64,000 nt of DNA from Chrysomallon squamiferum (Eukaryota > Animalia > Mollusca): positions 30,938,001-31,002,000 of the forward strand of contig CM022671.1 of assembly GCA_012295275.1 (NCBI GenBank). Reading direction: 5' to 3'. Numbering within the stretch: the first letter of the stretch is position 1; every line of letters starts with the position of its first letter. The translations under genes were made by a program, and so were the position numbers. Positions 34,991 through 46,743 of the stretch are shown here, piece after piece. The notes below the pieces were generated by a model, which was given only the letters and a program-made list of their open reading frames with translations, searched no databases and had not been told where the DNA came from.

Positions 34991-37900
34991 GTTACTGTTA
35001 TTGCTATTGCTATTGTTATTGTTATTGTTATTGTTATTCAGGAGGTAACATTGTTGGTAAGACAGCCAGTGAGGACTGTTGTTTTAGTGGAAGTAGTTTC
35101 ACGTGTTCTACAGGACCAATCAGAAATCCTCATGATGAAACTAGGACCACTGGCGGATCAAGCTGTGGAAGTGCTGCACTGGTAAGTTAAATAAACACAT
35201 TTTAATTGTCCACAGTGATTTGTGAATATAGCTGTCTATGAGTGTTTTAATTATACAAGTCATTAACATATACTAGGATTTGTCTGTCTTTGTGTGTGTA
35301 TTCATTTGTAAAGGTATGTGTGTGTTTTTGTATTTTAGAGAGAGTGAGGGAGAAAAACAGTGTCTGTATGTTTGTGTGTAGTAATTTTGTGTATTTATTT
35401 ACAGTTGGCTGGCAACAAAATTGATCTGGCTTTAGGTGGGGATCAAGGCGGGTCTGTTAGGATTCCTTCCAGTTTCTGTGGAATTGTGGGTTTAAAACCC
35501 ACTTTTGGACTTGTGCCTTACACTGGGGCAAGTTCCATAGAAACCAGTGTCGACCATCTTGGACCAATGGCAAGAAATGTTCATGATTGTGCCCTGTTGT
35601 TGGAGGTAAATTCAGACATATTTAAAATAAAAGTGTGGTTAATTTCATTTGTGAGTATAGTGTGGGTGGGTGTGTACATAAAGTAATATACAAAAAAAAT
35701 GACATAACAAATAATAATTGTAGGTAAAGATAGCATATATAAATTGTCTACACTTGTAAGTTGTTACTGTAATTGTTGTAACCAATCTGTGCTATTAATA
35801 AAGTATAGCAGTAAAATAATAAAGAAGATCAACATATTTCCCTTTGCTCCATGATGGTGTTCTCGTGATGTGAACAAAAAGCCTGATAAGGCTGAGTAAA
35901 TTCTAAGAGAAACGTTGTTTACTCCTCAATTTAAAACCCACTTTTGGACTTGTGCCTTACACTGGGGCGAGTTCCATGGAGCCCAGTGTCGACCATCTTG
36001 GACCAATGGCAAAAAATGTTCATGATTGTGCCCTGTTGTTGGAGGTAAATTTACCCATATCTGTAATATTAATATTTTTTTTAAGAGTGTAATAATGATA
36101 AAACAATTAAATAAATTTAATAGATGGCAATGTATCTTTGACTGTGTATATAAATAGCCTAAATAATTAGTATATTTTTCTGTGTTGATACATCATTTGT
36201 TGTGTCTAATCTTGGTTAATGATAAAGGACGATAATAAAATAATAAGCTTACAAAAAAGCATAGAGCAGATAAGATATATTTCCCTTTGTATCATTTTGT
36301 GAACAAAAAGCCGGATAAGGCTGAGTAAACCATGAGTATTATGATAATTTTAAAAAATATGTCTTGTAGGTAATTGCTGGTCTGGATGGCATCAATGACA
36401 CAAGGCAACCAAGAGATCTGACAGTCCCTGAATACACTAAACTGGTATAATGGTGTATTTATTTATTTAGTTTTGATTTTCAGTTTTCTGCTTGTTTGTT
36501 TGTTTTATTTTATTTTATTTTATTTTATATTATTTTTATTAAGTGTATTTATTTATTTATTTATTTATTTATTTATATATTCATTTATTTAGTTAATTAT
36601 CAGTTTCATTACAAAAAAAATTATTACTGATAAACAATAAAGTGTTCTTTTATTTCTACAATAACAAATCTTGATAATTATCAAACAAGTAAAATAAACA
36701 TTTTGTTCTGTTGTAGCTGAATACAGCTAATTATCAAACAAGTAAAATAAACATTTTGTTCTGTTGTAGCTGAATACAGCTAATTATCAAACAAGTAAAA
36801 TAAACATTTTGTTCTGTGTTGTAACTGGACACAGCTAATTATCAAACAAGTAAAATAAACATTTTGTTCTGTGTTGTAGCTGGAGACAGGAATTGCTGGT
36901 AAGAAGATTGGTCTGCTTACAGAAGGTTTTTCTCTGTGTAAAGAAAAAGATGTTGTAGATGTTGTCAAGTCAACAGCACAGAAAATTACAAACGCTGGTG
37001 CTGTTGTTGATGAAGTGTCTGTCCCAGAACATCTTGATGGTTTGTCAGTTTTGTATTATAATAATAATAATAATAATAATAATAATTATAAAGTATCGGC
37101 CTTGGTTAGCTTTAAGTGTCAGATGACGTCCATGTGATTGTGTAATATTTTACTAGATTCCAGTCTTTTCTAATAATGAAGTATGACTATGGATATAATA
37201 TTTTAAATATGAAATAAACAAAACATTAGCATTTTCTATCAATTCTTGACTTCATTTTACATAAAAATGTAAATAATTTAGAAATGCTTAATTTTATATT
37301 GTCTTTTAATCTGATGTCTTTCTTCAAACTTTTTCACAGGTGAAGTTATTTGGTTTTCTATCTGTATATTTGGTGGCTATGACTGCATGATAAAAGATGC
37401 TGGTGAGTATTAATAGTTAATTTCTGTATACTGAAAATGTAACTATCCCCAGAAAATTAGTTTAGCTCTATATTCTGCCTGGTGTGCATATTTTTGTGTG
37501 TTATTGATGAGTTTTGAATATGTGAGCAACATGTCAGTGATAATGTTTGCAGTTTGACTGTGTATGTGTATGTGTGTGAGTATGTGTGCACATTTATTCA
37601 CTCTCTGATTATCTTTTTATCAGTTTTATTATCACCCCAGCCATCCTAACTTTATTCTTTTCAGGTGTTGGCTCCCTGCACAAAGGATACTACCCAACAT
37701 CCCTTCATGAAGCAACAAGCAGGGGTGTGTCTGCTAGGCCCTTTGATCTTCCTATACCCATGAAGCTGGCAGCCATCACTGGAGAGTATGTGGGCAGGAA
37801 GTATGGGAAGAAATTCTATGCCAAGGCCCAGAACTTGAACATGAAACTTACCAAAGCCTATGACAGAGCTCTTGAGAAGTACGATGTACTCATAATGCCA

Positions 37901-38639
37901 ACTCTTCCTTACAAGGCCAGGAAGCTGCCACTGGAAGGAAGTTCAACCAAAGGTATTCTAGATTCTCTTTTTTCTGCTTTTTAAAAAAAAAAAATCATTT
38001 ATGTCAGGATTATTTATAAATGCATGTAGGAAGGAAGAAATGAATCCTTATTTAACTCATACAACCCAATTGGGATGTTTAAAACAGTTAGCAAAAAGAG
38101 ATGTTTTACAAGCACCATGCCTTAGACAGGTGGACACAATCTGGAACACCTATTCTGTGTTGTCATGCCTTAGGCCTGTTCTTTATCTCTTATAAAAAGA
38201 CAATATGAAGCTTTGCTCTATTTCTCTGCATTTATCTAGTCTAATGGTAGCTTCTAATTTTTAAAGTTTTATTTCATTAAAAGTGAAATGAAAACAATAT
38301 GAAATTTATATTATTATTACACTATGATTGTTATTAAGATTGTTAGTGTTGTTATTATCAGTTTTATTATTATTGTTGTTAATGTTAGTGATTGTTATTG
38401 TTGCTCTTTGATATTGTTTTATATTCTCATTTTTATTGTTATCATTATTTACAGAATTGTTTGAATCAGCATTTACCATGCTGCCAAACACATCACCTTT
38501 TGACATCACAGGTCACCCAGCTTTGACCTTGAATGCTGGGTTTTCTGATGGTCTCCCTGTTGGATTGATGATTGTGGGCCGCCATTTTGATGAAACAACT
38601 GTACTGCAGGTTGCTAGAGCAGTTGAGAAGTTGCAGTAA
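31974..38639 (+). CDS. Amidase-signature family amidase, copy A (11 exons, 509 aa), resembling bacterial AmdA-type amidases
   Basis: Exons 31974-31980 (ATGTCGG|gtgggt, conserved in copy B), 32994-33101, 33378-33507, 34473-34645, 35042-35181, 35405-35605, 36370-36444, 36880-37039, 37340-37402, 37665-37952, 38455-38639 = 1530 nt, open. Motifs: [23 protein letters not shown] (catalytic Lys), GGSSCGSAA (cis-Ser), [31 protein letters not shown] (nucleophile Ser), [38 protein letters not shown]. Confidence 0.95.
33935..34465. repeat. Compound minisatellite in amidase A intron 3 (~34-bp and ~60-bp units)
   Basis: acacagacacataaacttgtatacatctcaacat +/- ggactcacaaacttgagttgacaaat. The array runs up to the exon-4 acceptor. 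Confidence 0.95.
34632..34765 (+). repeat. Tandem ~57-bp repeat containing the exon-4 splice donor (3 copies in A; 4 copies in B at ~46910-47100)
   Basis: aattctagatgcag|gtaacaaaaat recurs, and the last copy is followed by gc instead of gt. Confidence 0.9.
35931..36044 (+). pseudogene. Duplicated 3' half of amidase exon 6 (copy-B type) inside intron 6 of copy A
   Basis: Encodes [38 protein letters not shown]|gt, the same as copy B and unlike A's own IETS/MARN. No acceptor AG at its start. Confidence 0.9.
36672..36879 (+). repeat. 53-55-bp tandem repeat containing the exon-8 acceptor (4 units in A; 7 units in B at ~44873-45245)
   Basis: Unit taattatcaaacaagtaaaataaacattttgttctg(tg)ttgta(g/a)ctg(aat/gac)acagc. 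The final unit supplies the real AG. Confidence 0.93.
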
Positions 38640-40280
38640 AAATGTATAATTCTGTATACTTTGTTTCTATTTTTTATAACTATATAATCATATTACAAAG
38701 TATAATTTGGTATAAAGCCATTTGTTCTTGTAACAATCAATTTAAACATATTATTTAGCTGTGGATGTGGATGTTTATATCTGTACTCATATACATTTAT
38801 GTATATATAAGCAGTTTTTTTTAGTTTTTTTGTAGATGTATTTTTATATGTTTATTTATGTTGCTACATTTTTTATACAATATGAAAGTGCTCATGCTTA
38901 TACAGTTTATAGTGTTTTGGGGTTATTTTTATTACTTATTTATTTACTTTTTTTTTCTTACTTTTCCACTTAGTGACTTAATAATAAACATTATACCATT
39001 TTATAATTCTCTACATTGTCAGTTTTATATTACTGTGATACATTATTAATTAATCATACTGTTGACATTGTCAAGGGCAGACAACTCAGGTAATCAGATT
39101 GTATGCATATAATGTTTGCTGGTATCATCTACTTTGAACCAGTTGTATTCTAGACTTTACAATAACAAATGAATAAGGGCATTAAATTTTTTAGACAGGT
39201 ATCTACATGTTATGTTAAAATAGTTATTGTTATTATGTATATTTTGAAATCTTTAAATAATGGATATTATTATATTATTCATTTGCTTAAATTTTATAAA
39301 TGCTAAAATGTAAGCAAGCAAAATCGACATTTTTGCTGTAATCAAGTACTTAAATGCATTGGAAAATATATACTTTTGTATATTTGTGGTGTGGTATAAA
39401 GTGATATATGAAAATGTTGTTATCGTAAGGTTTTTTATACAATAAAAGTGATTATATATGTTGTTGTTTTTTTATTTGTTCTTTTTGTTTTATTTTGTAC
39501 ATTAATTGTACATTCAATATTCTTATTAAAAGTATTAAACTTAGTTTTGTTAATCTCTCTCTCCACATATGAAAATAAATGACTGTATTGAAAACCAGTA
39601 CACACTTAGAATATATTTTTCTTTTTGATGACGTAGAACTAGGTCCTGTTCATTTAGGATATTGGAAGCTTAGTGATATAATGCAGGTCAATTTATGGGT
39701 AGCAAAAATAACAAATAAAAACATGTCTTATAAATATGGCATCTTACTGTTAAGAGCTGCAAATGTTTTTTTCTTTTTTTTTTTTTTTTTTTTTTTTTTC
39801 TTGTAAACTGTAATATCTGCTTCATGGTATATGTAACATATATTTTATTAATTTATTATTCGACCTGTTTAAAAAACTCGAATGACTTAATTATTTTAAT
39901 ATCATTTAGAATTAAATCCTAAACTTTTCTGATCAATCTGTTTTACATCTTCTTCTTCTTACAAAGTTAAATACCTAGTATACTCTTCAACTCCAGTTTC
40001 ATAAAACCAAAAGCAGCACATAATAAATAAATAATCGTAAAATCACCCGCTTGGACAGCTGCTGTCCTTGAAATCAAAATGACGCGCCGCGATGCATCAG
40101 CGAACAAAGGTCAGAATGAAATAGGTTTCTCTTCGCAGTATTTTCTAAAGATAACGAGAAATATCCGCATATAAAAGGACAAAAAGAAAATGTCAAATAC
40201 CATTTAATAATATCAAAATAATAATATTCTGTGCACGTCAAAAGATTAAGAATATATAGTCTTATTTTCTTATAGTAACT

Positions 40281-40400
40281 GTTTACGGCCATACCACGTT
40301 GAAAACACCGGTTCTCGTCCGATCACCGAAGTTAAGCAACGTAGGGCTCGGTTAGTACTTAGATGGGTGACCGCCTGGGAACACCGAGTGCTGTAAACAC
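40281..40400 (+). rRNA. 5S rRNA gene (full length; one non-consensus base at position 81)
   Basis: GTTTACGGCCATACCACGTTGAAAACACCGGTTCTCGTCCGATCACCGAAGTTAAGCAACGT...GGTTAGTACTTAGATGGGTGACCGCCTGGGAACACCGAGTGCTGTAAAC. Helix I (GTTTACGGC/GCTGTAAAC) and helix V (CTCGG/CCGAG) pair. Confidence 0.95.
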
Positions 40401-40405
40401 ATACG

Positions 40406-40418
40406 TTTTTAATTTTTT
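40406..40418 (+). terminator. Pol III oligo-T terminator of the 5S gene
   Basis: TTTTTaaTTTTTT a few nt after the 5S 3' end. Confidence 0.7.
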
Positions 40419-41334
40419 ATTATTGTTATTGTTCAGTGTACTCAGACGTTTTCTAGTAAAAAGGCCACTTGAAAAAATTATTCATTTATTTAAATTAATA
40501 CTTTTATTTAAAATAATATATCAATTAACAACAACACATTAACCTTCAATGTAATTTAATAATAATCTAAAAATAAAAAATAAAAAAAATAAATAAATAA
40601 ATTTAAAAAAATAGAAAGAAAGATAATTGTAATGGCAAATTCCATTCAATGTATGCAATTTTGAATTTTAATGATACTCAAATCAATTAACTAATTATAT
40701 ATTAAATAAAACAATTTTTTTTTAACAATGTTTAAAATGTAATGAAAGATTGTTAACATTGATATTAATGAATAAAAAAATAATGAATTAGAGAATAAAT
40801 GGATTAATTAAATGACTTTTGAATTTCATTTTTTGATTTTGTTCACTATAATTATTCGCATACGTACTTTTTTCTTCAGTGTAATGTTGTGACGGATTTT
40901 TTTTTTTAATCAAAAATATTATACATAGTTATGAATATCGTTGAAAAAAACATCTTAATATCTTTTATTAAGAAAATTCGTTTTCCACTGTATTAATATA
41001 TAGCTCAACCTACTTAGTTGTGATGTCACACCTTATTTTATTTATTTAGTATTATTACACGGTTGGTGGTTGAGGTGTAGGACAAAACAAAGAGAAAATA
41101 TGATGCAGATGCAGCTATTTTCAGCTGTAGTTGGTAAATTGTATTATTATTATTATTATTATTATTATTAAAGTTCTCAATTTTCCTGAAATTAAAATGA
41201 AATACCCCCCACTAAAAAAAAAAAAAAGAAAAAAAAAAGAAAGAAACGTAAACAGAACAAACAAGAAGAAGAAGAAAGTAAAAGAAAATAGCACCCGCCA
41301 CTTGGTTTATAATACATGATATGGATTATTAATA

Positions 41335-41400
41335 CAGGTACCGGACCAATTATCCGGCGTCCTGAAATACGGAAAGCCCAGAAAATTTATTCTCCTGAAT
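41335..41400 (-). mobile_element. Isolated terminal fragment of the same MITE family
   Basis: TA|CAGGTACCGGACCAATTATCCGGCGTCCTGAAAT is the reverse complement of the right end of the 17.4-kb and 31.3-kb copies. Confidence 0.75.
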
Positions 41401-41657
41401 TTCGTTCCATTGTTTTGCCCCTTCCCTCTGAGTCGTAGGCCCGTTTAGCGGCAGCCGTAATTTTGGTTAAGAAGGACGTAAAACAAAAATTCTTATATTT
41501 CGATTTATTTTAATTTACACTAGGGCATCAAAATATTCACAGCCAGTTTAGTTTATTATAATTATTGTTATAATTAACATTTATTTCATTTTACTTTATG
41601 AAATTCAGGATCGGCTTAAGTCGCCGGTAATTCGGAAAGTCGATAGGGGGCGCCACG

Positions 41658-41689
<32 letters not shown>

Positions 41690-42319
41690 CGGATTTGGCA
41701 ATAACAGTGTTAAAGCATTATTATTATTATTATTATTAATTTAAAAAATATATACTGTTAGGACTCCGATATTAACAGGTCCAAAGCGTCACGTACTCCA
41801 AGGCCGCCCAGCTGAAACCTGCGAAATTTCCTTTCTCTGTAAGTTATGATAGCTAAAATCTAGCCTCCACATGACGGGCCTATATATATTTATTATTATT
41901 ATTTTGTTTTCTTCTTCGACATAAACGTAATGAAATGGTTTATGTAAATACATGGATCACGAACCATATTAAAGCAACAGGACAAGACGTAGCCTCATGA
42001 AAAACAGATGAACTTTTCATTACCATGGAGTGGTTGGACATTTCGTCTTCTCATCCATCAAACCATTTATTTTTCATAATATGAGAGAGAGAGATGAATA
42101 TTTGGAATATAACTATATAATAATAATAATAATAATACTTATTATTGTTATTATTATTATTATTATTATCACTTAAAATAATACAAATATGGTAAATATA
42201 ACAATTATAAACATTAACATAAAACATATATTTTGTATATAAATTTTTAATGCACTTTTTCATTTGTAATTGCCAATAAATATAAATAGTCACATGATCC
42301 AGTTACTGGGTTATCTGCT

Positions 42320-42530
42320 CGTGTTAGTGTGTTACAGATCAAAAAGTCCGTTTACAATCATCACAATTAATTACGTTTTGTGTGTTAGCAGACCAGTAAG
42401 TGTTTTCTAATCATCACAGTTAATTATGTTTTGTGTTAGCAGATCAGTAAGTCTGTTTATAATCATCACAACTAATTATATTTTGTGAGTTAGCAGATAA
42501 GTAAGTTTGTTTACAGTCATCACAAGTAAT
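42320..42530. repeat. Minisatellite, ~57-bp unit x 4, downstream of amidase B
   Basis: gttagcaga(t/c)(c/a)agtaagt..gtttacaatcatcacaa.taatta repeated. Confidence 0.85.
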
Positions 42531-42841
42531 ATAAAAGTTTAGGTGTAGAAAATAATAAAAAATAAAATTTGAATAATTAAGAAAAAAGAGAAAAGCTTTA
42601 TGATTACTGTATATGGGGAAAAAAGAATGCTTCCAGGTTGTATAAAAAAATGGTTAAATAGTCATTAAAAAAAAAAAGCTCCAAATCTGTCTACTTTAAT
42701 ATATTCGATTCTTTTTTTTTTTTTTTTTTTTTTTTGTATTATAAAATAATTTCTGAAAATAGCAAAGAGTAAAACAAGGATCAGACACCAAAAAAAAAAA
42801 AAAAATGCAGAATTGTAAAACAGAAATTCTCGATTCAGTGT

Positions 42842-44663
42842 TTACTGCAACTTCTCAACTGCTCTGGCAACCTGCAGTACAGTTGTTTCATCAAAATGGC
42901 GGCCCACAATCATCAATCCAACAGGGAGGCCCTCAGAAAACCCAGCATTCAAGGTCAAGGCTGGGTGACCTGTGCTGTTGAAGGGACATGTGTTTGGCAG
43001 CATGGAGAAGGCATTTTCAAAAATACCTGAAAAATAACAACAACAATAATGAAATTATAATAATTATGTTAAAGTAATAATAATAATTATAATAATAATA
43101 GCAAGAATAACAATAATATTAATAATAAAATTAAAATAATTATATTAAAAGTGCTAATACTATACCAATAATAACAATTATAATAAAATTCATGTATTTT
43201 TTTTAAGTATACCTACTTATTTTTGAAATTTCTTCATTTTTTTGGTATATGATGTACTCAGATATATTTTTTGTACATTCTGCATCAACAGTATGTAAAT
43301 GAAACATGATTTTTTTGTTTATCTTTTCTCTCTCTTTTTGTTGCAGTATGGAAGGACATAAGTCACACAGGCTGCATGTATATAGTGGATTACCTGTTTG
43401 CTTCACATCTGATTGGAGAACGGGAATATATATTTTTTTCTCTCATATTCTAATTCTACAACCGTATCTAGCATAATCACTGACAACAAAATGTTCTTTA
43501 AATAAAGATACAGTAATTTAATTCCATGTTTATATAAACAAAACAATAATTTGTGAGAAGAAAATCTTTTAAAAATACCTTTAGTTGAAATTCCTTCTTC
43601 TGGCAGCTTCCTGGCCTTGTAAGGAAGAGTTGGCATTATGAGTACATCGTACTTCTCGAGAGCTCTGTCATAGGCTTTGGTAAGTTTCATGTTCAAGTTC
43701 TGGGCCTTGGCATAGAATTTCTTCCCATACTGCCTGCCCACAAACTCTCCAGTGATGGCAGTCAGCTTCATAGTCACAGGAAGATCAAAAGGTCTCGTAG
43801 ATGCTCCTCTGGTTGTTGCTTCATGGAGGGAAGTTGGGTAGTGGCCTTTGTGTTGGGAGCCAACACCTTAAAAAAAACAAAAAAACCCGTTGTTATGGAG
43901 GAGAAGAGAAAAAAAAAAATTGTTCATAAAACAAAAGTAAAAAAATAAAAATAAAATAAAAATGAAAAGATCAGAAGAAAAAGAAAGAATGAAATGGCTT
44001 AATACTCGGATTAAAAGGAAAAATATTTCCATGTTATCTGTTATGTTTGTATGCCTTCTTAGACAAACACACAAATATTCATGCAAATACAAACCCACCA
44101 ATGTATGAATAAACATGCACATGCAGAGCAGATACAGCCAAACTCTTGCAATATAAAACGGAGATAAAAACACTAATACTTACTACCATCTTTGATGATG
44201 CAGTCATAGCCACCAAAAACAAAGATAACAAACCAGATAGGTTCCCCTGTAATAAATAATTAAAAACCACATTAATTATTTTTAAATTAACTTTTGTATA
44301 TATAAAATTGAAGTATAGAAACAGAAAATGGTAACTATTGTCCATTTGTTAATAATAATAATAATCACAGTAATAACAACAACAATAAAAATAATAATTA
44401 GAATAAGAATAAAATAATAATTATAACTAAAAATAATAAAATAATAACAGTAATAATGATGATGATGATAATATGTGTATTTATGTACACCATATTTGAT
44501 GCTTTTGACAGCAGAAATATATTTACATGGCAATAATGTATGCAGTGATGCTTAATTATTAGCAAAGGTTGCTGTCCAGTAATAACTTAAACTATCATTA
44601 GTTATAGTGAATTATGATGGGAAATGCAATTTGTTTTTATTTCTTTATTTATTATTAATTTTA

Positions 44664-44694
<31 letters not shown>

Positions 44695-46295
44695 AATACA
44701 AAACTGACAAACCATCAAGATGTTCTGGGACAGACACTTCATCAACAACAGCACCAGCGTTTGTAAGTTTCTGTGCTGTTGACTTAACAACATCTACAAC
44801 ATCTTGTTCTTTACACAAAGAAAAACCTTCTGTAAGCAGACCAATCTTCTTACCAGCAATTCCTGTCTCCAGCTACAACACAGAACAAAATGTTTATTTT
44901 ACTTGTTTGATAATTAGCTGTGTCCAGTTACAACACAGAACAAAATGTTTATTTTACTTGTTTGATAATTAGCTGTATTCAGCTACAACACAGAACAAAA
45001 TGTTTATTTTACTTGTTTGATAATTAGCTGTGTCCAGTTACAACACAGAACAAAATGTTTATTTTACTTGTTTGATAATTAGCTGTATTCAGCTACAACA
45101 GAACAAAATGTTTATTTTACTTGTTTGATAATTAGCTGTATTCAGCTACAACAGAACAAAATGTTTATTTTACTTGTTTGATAATTAGCTGTATTCAGCT
45201 ACAACACAGAACAAAATGTTTATTTTACTTGTTTGATAATTATCAAGATTTGTTAGAGTAGAAATCAAAGAATACTTTATTGTTTAACAGTAATAATTTT
45301 GTGTTTTATGAAACTATTAAATAAATACATAATATTAACTATGATAGTAGTAGTAACAACAATAATAACAATAATAATAATTTAATAACAGTAATAAAAT
45401 AATAAATGATTAAATAAATAAATGAAGATCCAGCCTCTATTACAGAAAACTGAAAATCAAAACTAAGTAACTGCATACACATGTTATGTGTATTTTATAA
45501 AACTGAAAATAAACATTTTACCAGTTTAAATATCTACTTACAGATGTGTTCATCTTATAAAACTGAAAATAATTATTATACCAGTTTAGTGTATTCAGGA
45601 ACTGTCAGATCTCTTGGTTGTCTTGTGTCATTGATGCCATCCAGACCAGCAATTACCTACAAGACATAGTTTTTAAAATTATCATAATACTCATGGTTTA
45701 CTCAGCCTTATCCGGCTTTTTGTTCACAAAATGATACAAAGGGAAATATATCTTATCTGCTCTATGCTTTTTTGTAAGCTTATTATTTTATTATCGTCCT
45801 TTATCATTAACCAAGATTAGACACAACAAATGATGTATCAACACAGAAAAATATACTAATTATTTAGGCTATTTATATACACAGTCAAAGATACATTGCC
45901 ATCTATTAAATTTATTTAATTGTTTTATCATTATTACACTCTTAAAAAAAATATTAATATTACAGATATGGGTAAATTTACCTCCAACAACAGGGCACAA
46001 TCATGAACATTTTTTGCCATTGGTCCAAGATGGTCGACACTGGGCTCCATGGAACTCGCCCCAGTGTAAGGCACAAGTCCAAAAGTGGGTTTTAAACCCA
46101 CAATTCCACAGAAACTGGAAGGAATCCGAATAGACCCGCCTTGATCCCCACCTAAAGCCAGATCAATTTTGTTGCCTGCCAGCTGTAAATAAATTAATTT
46201 AAAATGTAGACATACATGTTGTTATATACCTACCTTCTTTACATCAAAACATACACACTTTCAAGTTTATGTATATAATAATAGTCAGGTAGAGA

Positions 46296-46340
<45 letters not shown>

Positions 46341-46690
46341 CTACATAATGTACATATGCATAACACATAGGCCTACACTGACATACAGACAAATGTACAT
46401 ACACACATATTGGTTTTTAAATTGCTATTGACACTGAACAGCTAGTGAACAGTGTTCTGTATCATCTGAGAGTCAGATTCTGATTCACCTTACCAGTGCA
46501 GCACTTCCACAGCTGGACCCGCCAGATGACCTAGTTTCATCATGAGGATTTCTGATTGGTCCTGTAGAAGATGTGAAACTACTTCCACTAAAACAACAGT
46601 CCTCACTGGCTGTCTTACCAACAATGTTACCTCCTGAATAACAATAACAATAACAATAACAATAACAATAGCAATAGCAATAACAGTAAC

Positions 46691-46743
<53 letters not shown>

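Noticed and set aside
31974-38639. Bacterial contamination as the source of the amidase
   Set aside because: Ten GT-AG introns and continuous animal-type flanking DNA.
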